Positions 59,327 to 64,000 of a stretch of 64,000 bases of DNA are shown here, piece after piece. The translations under genes were made by a program, and so were the position numbers. Position 1 is the stretch's first letter, and every line of letters begins with the position of its first letter. The stretch is from a virus. The stretch is from the IMG/VR virus record IMGVR_UViG_3300042541_003876, positions 1-64,000 of that record; one strand, 5' to 3'. The notes beneath the pieces were generated by a model that searched no databases, was not told the origin of the DNA, and saw only the letters and a program-made list of their open reading frames with translations.

Positions 59327-59584
59327 TTATTTAAAATTTTTAAGTTGTAAATCTTTTTGTTTAATTATATTTTTCAAACTATCAATTTTATATGCTTTAG
59401 AAATAATATTAATCCTCAAACTATCGTCAATTTTGCTTTCGTATTCAATCGAAAAATCAATTAATGAATCTAGTTCTTTCTCTTTCTTGTCAGTTTTATA
59501 TGGCTCTTTTGTTGGCTCTTTTAACGTTAAATTTACTGCTGTCGCAATTAAAACAACAAAAGCGCTATACATTATTGTTTTCAT
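59327..59584 (-). CDS. Membrane-anchored coiled-coil lysis protein (spanin-like)
   Basis: N-terminal TM/signal plus coiled coil, next to the endolysin. Confidence 0.5.
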   Translation of the reverse strand: MKTIMYSAFVVLIATAVNLTLKEPTKEPYKTDKKEKELDSLIDFSIEYESKIDDSLRINIISKAYKIDSLKNIIKQKDLQLKNFK

Positions 59585-59829
59585 TTTATACTATCTTTTA
59601 AAGATTGTTTTTGAACAATTACAATTATTTTTTCGTGCAAAAGTTCAATTTTATTTTCTAAAACTTTTGAATGCTGCATACATTCTTTAAGGTTGTTTTG
59701 GTCTGTAATAGACTGCTTTTCCTCGCTTCTTCGCCAAAAACCAAATATTGTTATTAATGCGATAATTGTTGCAAAAGCGTAATATGTACTTTGATTTCTG
59801 CTAAAATCTTGGAAGCTTGGCATTTTCAT
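59581..59829 (-). CDS. Single-TM coiled-coil protein (holin/spanin-like)
   Basis: YAFATIIALITIFGFW followed by a coiled coil. Confidence 0.55.
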   Translation of the reverse strand: MKMPSFQDFSRNQSTYYAFATIIALITIFGFWRRSEEKQSITDQNNLKECMQHSKVLENKIELLHEKIIVIVQKQSLKDSIK

Positions 59830-59874
59830 TTCTTTTTGTATTTTTTGATTATTAAAACTATCCAGACAATGCTC

Positions 59875-60222
59875 TCAAATAAAAGAATTAAAATATTCTC
59901 GTAAATTTCTTTTATAATGCTTTGCATATTCAATTATGATTATTGTTGGAATTAAAATAAAGTCTGAATAGCTATAATGTTTTTCTTCAAAAAAATATAG
60001 ACTTATAATATTGCTTAAAATTATTGACAAAAATATACTTTCTAATAAGCCAAATAAACCTACTTTATAAGCATTATATTTGATCGCCAAAATAATTATA
60101 ATTGAGTATATCGAAACCTTTAAATCCCAAAACTTAACTACATCATAAGGGTGTAAGAAATTACATATTTGAAAATTCAGGAAGTAAAGAGCAATAATTA
60201 TAAAACCTAATAATTTATTCAT
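59875..60222 (-). CDS. Four-TM membrane protein
   Basis: Four hydrophobic segments. Confidence 0.65.
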   Translation of the reverse strand: MNKLLGFIIIALYFLNFQICNFLHPYDVVKFWDLKVSIYSIIIILAIKYNAYKVGLFGLLESIFLSIILSNIISLYFFEEKHYSYSDFILIPTIIIIEYAKHYKRNLREYFNSFI

Positions 60223-60227
60223 TTTTT

Positions 60228-60464
60228 TTACTTTCTTGGCGGATAATTAGGGTTTTGCGGGTCTGTATTGTCAGATATTTCAGAATCTTCCATCGAAGAA
60301 GATTTAATAATTGTTGATGCAGAATCTTTTGAAAATAATCCAATAATAAAGCCTACTGCTCCTAAAAGATATACACTTTGTGTTTGGTCAATTTTATTTG
60401 TGTAAAGCAATCCTGCTACGGTTGCGGATAAAATACCGCCTAATGTTGTTTTCCAGTTCTTCAT
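60228..60464 (-). CDS. Putative holin
   Basis: MKNWKTTLGG, two TM segments ending in GLFSKD, polar tail. Confidence 0.6.
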   Translation of the reverse strand: MKNWKTTLGGILSATVAGLLYTNKIDQTQSVYLLGAVGFIIGLFSKDSASTIIKSSSMEDSEISDNTDPQNPNYPPRK

Positions 60465-60480
60465 TTTGTTGTTAAATTAA

Positions 60481-62403
60481 TTATGTTAATAGTCTTATAG
60501 ACTGTATATTAGTTGTATCCAAAGTCATTATAGTATTTCCATTAACCCGAGATATTTTAATTCTAAAACCTCCAGCTGTTGCTCCTACTGGCAATTGAAA
60601 GTTGTCATTTCCACCACTTTGAACATACGAGTTTATAACGCTAACTTGCTTGCTTGTAAATGTTTCTGTGGTCAATTCCGAATTATATAAGAAACTCCTA
60701 AAAATAGCATCATTTGGTCTATGAAGCGTTACCAAGAAAGTATCTCCAGAACCGCCACTTGTAATAGTACCACTCAACAATAAAATAATATTTATCGAAA
60801 AATACTTTTGTGTCAAATTACTACATCTTATCAAATTATTTGCACTATCATAATAAAATGGTGAACCCTCATTTAAAGGCGTAACTCCACCACATATTAA
60901 AGCGGTCAAATCTACTGGTGTAGCAGAATTAATTACTTGTGTAGTTGCCAGCGTTTTGTTGAAAATTATACCTTGGTCTAGTTGCTCTAATCCAATATTA
61001 GAAGCAATTTTATTTCTAACACCACCTGAAACAAAGTGCAAATTAGCACCATCAAACTCTAACATACCATTTGTTGGAGTTACATCTAAAGGTGTGTTTT
61101 TTAGAATAACTTTTTTAGCTTTTAATTTATCCCCGACTTCAAACTCACCACTTTCTCTTGTAAATGAATAAGCAAGACCAGCATAGTCACCATTATTGTC
61201 ATAATAATATGTAAACAAATTACCTCCCGAAATTGCTCCCGTTTCAGAACCTGTCCATTCGGTCGCATATCTAAGCTTATTGCCTACAAGCATATTATTA
61301 TTAATAGTCTCTAACCCATCTGTTTTTCTTTGATTAAAATTTCCTTTATTTTCAATTCCGGAAACTTTTAATGAGCCATTAATATCTAGCATGAAGTCAT
61401 TTTCAGCAATTCCAGAATCAAACTCATAACCTATCCTAGTTTTGCCTGCTAAATAATTTATGTCAGATAATCCCTCCTGCATTATCCCATATGCATTATT
61501 AATTCCAACTCTTTTTAAAGGCTTAATAACTAATCCATAAGCTCTATTAATAGTAGTGCCGTGCATTTCGTTAATATAAGACTTAAAAGAGGTAAATGAT
61601 TCAACGTAAGTAGTATTTGCCCCGTAGCCTGTTAAAGCTCCCTCGACAGATGTAATTGAATTTACAGAGCCGCTTGCTCCTGTTCTAATTCGGTTAATTA
61701 TCTCGGCACCAGTAATACTATCAATAGTACCCATATTTCCTTCCATAACCATTACACCACCAAGATAACCTATTTGAGCACCCGATGCAAACACTCCTAA
61801 ATCGGTGCTTATATTAGTATAAGCCTCGTTACTTACTACTGTTGAATAATCTGAAGCGGTTTGATGCAAGTACAAATCTGAATATATTCCAATCATTCCA
61901 GGATTTCCAGTTGGCACAACCCAGCTCATATCCTCATGCCAAGTATAAAATTTTGCACCTGCTGAATTGACGGTATCACCTACAATGACTGATTTTAATT
62001 CGTCATCTAAAATTTTTATTCTATTAAAAACATTGAATAATTGTGAATTTGGCATATCATAGCCTACCCATAATTTTCCATCAACTTTTCCCCCAGTTTT
62101 ATCATATTTATTATTTAATGAAACATCTACTTCATCAATTGTATATGCGCCAACGTTTGCGGCGCTAGTCCCATGAGGGTTGCCATTCGTCTGTGAATGT
62201 TGATAAGCTATTTCAGTTCTTTGGCTATATAGTACTGATATATTTGACGAATTATCAGTCACATACCTATCATGCGTACCTGCTCCGTTTTTCAAAAGAT
62301 AAGCGTTATCAGGCTCAAATGGCTTAGTCACTCCATTTTTATCAATAAAAGTATTATTGACAAAATCTATTGATTGAACAATTTGTTCTTTGATTCTACT
62401 CAT
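60481..62403 (-). CDS. Tail fibre/spike protein
   Basis: NPHGTSAANVGAY repeat, KYDKTGG, beta-helix-like G/S/T-rich middle, LDINGS, GMLEFDG. Confidence 0.75.
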   Translation of the reverse strand: MSRIKEQIVQSIDFVNNTFIDKNGVTKPFEPDNAYLLKNGAGTHDRYVTDNSSNISVLYSQRTEIAYQHSQTNGNPHGTSAANVGAYTIDEVDVSLNNKYDKTGGKVDGKLWVGYDMPNSQLFNVFNRIKILDDELKSVIVGDTVNSAGAKFYTWHEDMSWVVPTGNPGMIGIYSDLYLHQTASDYSTVVSNEAYTNISTDLGVFASGAQIGYLGGVMVMEGNMGTIDSITGAEIINRIRTGASGSVNSITSVEGALTGYGANTTYVESFTSFKSYINEMHGTTINRAYGLVIKPLKRVGINNAYGIMQEGLSDINYLAGKTRIGYEFDSGIAENDFMLDINGSLKVSGIENKGNFNQRKTDGLETINNNMLVGNKLRYATEWTGSETGAISGGNLFTYYYDNNGDYAGLAYSFTRESGEFEVGDKLKAKKVILKNTPLDVTPTNGMLEFDGANLHFVSGGVRNKIASNIGLEQLDQGIIFNKTLATTQVINSATPVDLTALICGGVTPLNEGSPFYYDSANNLIRCSNLTQKYFSINIILLLSGTITSGGSGDTFLVTLHRPNDAIFRSFLYNSELTTETFTSKQVSVINSYVQSGGNDNFQLPVGATAGGFRIKISRVNGNTIMTLDTTNIQSIRLLT

Positions 62404-62405
62404 TA

Positions 62406-63314
62406 TTAAACGTATTCTATAATTATTTCAAATAAACGTGTCGTGAAATCATCTGCGTTAACTTGCCCAAGATTAATATTTTGGTATATTTGACCAGCTA
62501 TCAATGTGATTTCTGAAATTGTAGTATCTGACTCGGCATGATAAAGTTTTAACATAATGTTTTGAGATTCAGATGTCATGTCTATCGAAGTTGACAAAAC
62601 TGAAACATAATTGTAATTAATAAAAGGAGTTAAAATTGCCGAAGAAGAGTTGTTTGAACTTAAAGATTCAGTCTTATAACCTGATGATAAGAATAAATCT
62701 TTTGAAAATGACGTTACATTACTCACGGTAAAGTTAATTGGTGTTCCATTTATTAAGTCATCTCCTCCTCCAATGTCTAGTATATTAGCACTTATAGAAA
62801 AGGATTTGTTTATTGTCCCAAAATCTTCTCCTAATGGTAATGTCTTAAAAGCCTTGCTTAATGGTACTACTTCATCTAAAATATAATTAATAACTAAATA
62901 CTTCCCATTGGGTAAATTAAAATCTTTCTCCTCCTCACTCGTAAATGTTATTGGAAAATCTTCCGAAATAAAATTAAAACTTGCAACATTACTACTATCA
63001 ATTATTTTAAATCCTAAATTCCCATTAGCTAATATTTTAATATAATTTCCATTAAGATTAGCAGCTGATTTTGTGATTCTAAATCCGCTTAAATCATTTA
63101 TATAATTAGATATTTGCTTTGCCTGTTCATCTGTAAGGTTATTAAAGATATTATCAATAATATCTTTAGTTTCTAAAATAGATCCCTTTACGGTGTTAAA
63201 GTCCACGAAACTATGATACTTATTCTCTTCTCCTGCTGGTATATCTTGACCCATTGTAGGGTGCTTTTCTTTGTCTTGAATTAACGCTAATGCGTCTAAA
63301 TTTGGTGTTGTCAT
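62406..63314 (-). CDS. Tail-associated structural protein
   Basis: 302-aa beta-rich ORF in the tail gene cluster. Confidence 0.55.
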   Translation of the reverse strand: MTTPNLDALALIQDKEKHPTMGQDIPAGEENKYHSFVDFNTVKGSILETKDIIDNIFNNLTDEQAKQISNYINDLSGFRITKSAANLNGNYIKILANGNLGFKIIDSSNVASFNFISEDFPITFTSEEEKDFNLPNGKYLVINYILDEVVPLSKAFKTLPLGEDFGTINKSFSISANILDIGGGDDLINGTPINFTVSNVTSFSKDLFLSSGYKTESLSSNNSSSAILTPFINYNYVSVLSTSIDMTSESQNIMLKLYHAESDTTISEITLIAGQIYQNINLGQVNADDFTTRLFEIIIEYV

Positions 63315-63317
63315 TTT

Positions 63318-63794
63318 TTAAAATATTTGATTAAATGTGTAATTAAACCCTAATGTTTGCGGTGTATCATCCCAAAGTCCTATGCCTGTATCATTAAACA
63401 TCTCTACAATGTAATTATATTTAAGTTCGTCCAAATGAAAATTTTGACCAATTGAACCCCCTTGTATTCCAGTTAATTCATTATGTACTGATGTTCCCCC
63501 ACCGCCGGAACCCCCACCTTTTTTAAAAAGTATCGGTGTTAATACTTCTGATAACTCTTCGTAAGTATCATAAGTTATTCCATCTACTTCAATTTCTTGA
63601 ACAGTTATACCTTGAAAAAGAAAATCTCCTGTATGTACGTTTCTAGCAATTACAGGGATTTTAGCCGGATCCTTTTTCAAAGCACCATATCTTTCAAGCT
63701 GATAGATTTTAGGTCTTGATTCGAAAAAATTAATGGATTGATCTTTAAATTTAAAAGCATCATCTCCGGACTCAATTTGAATTTTTATTGGCAT
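63318..63794 (-). CDS. Tail fibre-associated protein
   Basis: FKKGGGSGGGG linker and HNELTGIQGG...HL motif, seen in fibre proteins. Confidence 0.6.
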   Translation of the reverse strand: MPIKIQIESGDDAFKFKDQSINFFESRPKIYQLERYGALKKDPAKIPVIARNVHTGDFLFQGITVQEIEVDGITYDTYEELSEVLTPILFKKGGGSGGGGTSVHNELTGIQGGSIGQNFHLDELKYNYIVEMFNDTGIGLWDDTPQTLGFNYTFNQIF

Positions 63795-63812
63795 TTTATA
63801 TTTTTTTTATTA

Positions 63813-64000
63813 TTAAATTACTTGTGATATCGCATTTTCGGTTGTATTGAAATAAGACATTCCTATAATATAATTCGCTGATACTGCCTCTGCGTTATTC
63901 GCAAAACTTGCTAATCCTGTATTTATTGGTATTGATTTTATAGAACTCCAAGCACCTTCAGTTAAGATATTCAAAATAGGTACATTCTTTTTTACCTTAT
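63813..64000 (-). CDS. 3' end of a tail fibre-like gene (partial)
   Basis: ...SFANNAEAVSANYIIGMSYFNTTENAISQVI*, open to the window end. Confidence 0.55.
   Translation of the reverse strand, partial: KVKKNVPILNILTEGAWSSIKSIPINTGLASFANNAEAVSANYIIGMSYFNTTENAISQVI

Noticed and set aside
37888-61171. Many short plus-strand ORFs within the structural module (e.g. 40095-40484, 44835-45275, 59286-59690)
   Set aside because: They are antisense shadows of long minus-strand genes, with Ser/Phe/Leu-rich composition and no leaders.
60481-64000. Diversity-generating retroelement targeting tail fibres
   Set aside because: No reverse transcriptase and no template/variable repeat pair seen in the window.

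Overview
AT-rich (~30% GC by eye) 64-kb segment of a large podovirus genome of the crAss-like (Crassvirales-type) lineage. The host is probably in Bacteroidota/Flavobacteriia: TAnnTTTG promoters are present and the A-rich leaders carry no evident Shine-Dalgarno. Layout: (i) 1-7400, minus strand: terminase large subunit (partial), KTSC and DHH proteins, an unannotated Hc1 histone-H1-like gene, and phage GroES and GroEL. (ii) 7500-11250: repeat-rich non-coding DNA, a compositionally distinct gene block, two RepL-like winged-helix paralogs and a candidate replication origin. (iii) 11250-36040, plus strand: a hypervariable block built from integron-like gene cassettes, an SF2 helicase-methyltransferase fusion, DnaB, HU-like, SSB, Dda/RecD-like helicase, 5'-3' exonuclease, and a PRTRC ubiquitin-like E1/E2/Ubl operon. 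(iv) 36035-64000, minus strand: a 3963-aa virion RNA polymerase, cargo/ejection proteins, muzzle protein, lysis genes and tail fibres. Two candidates for undescribed biology stand out. (a) A phage-borne cassette-capture array: genes bounded by cassette-specific GTT...AAC complementary ends, with attC-like hairpins on one side and a repeated phage attI-like site on the other. No integrase is in the window. (b) A PRTRC ubiquitin-like conjugation module inside the phage replication gene cluster. All family assignments are by motif recognition from memory; no searches were run.
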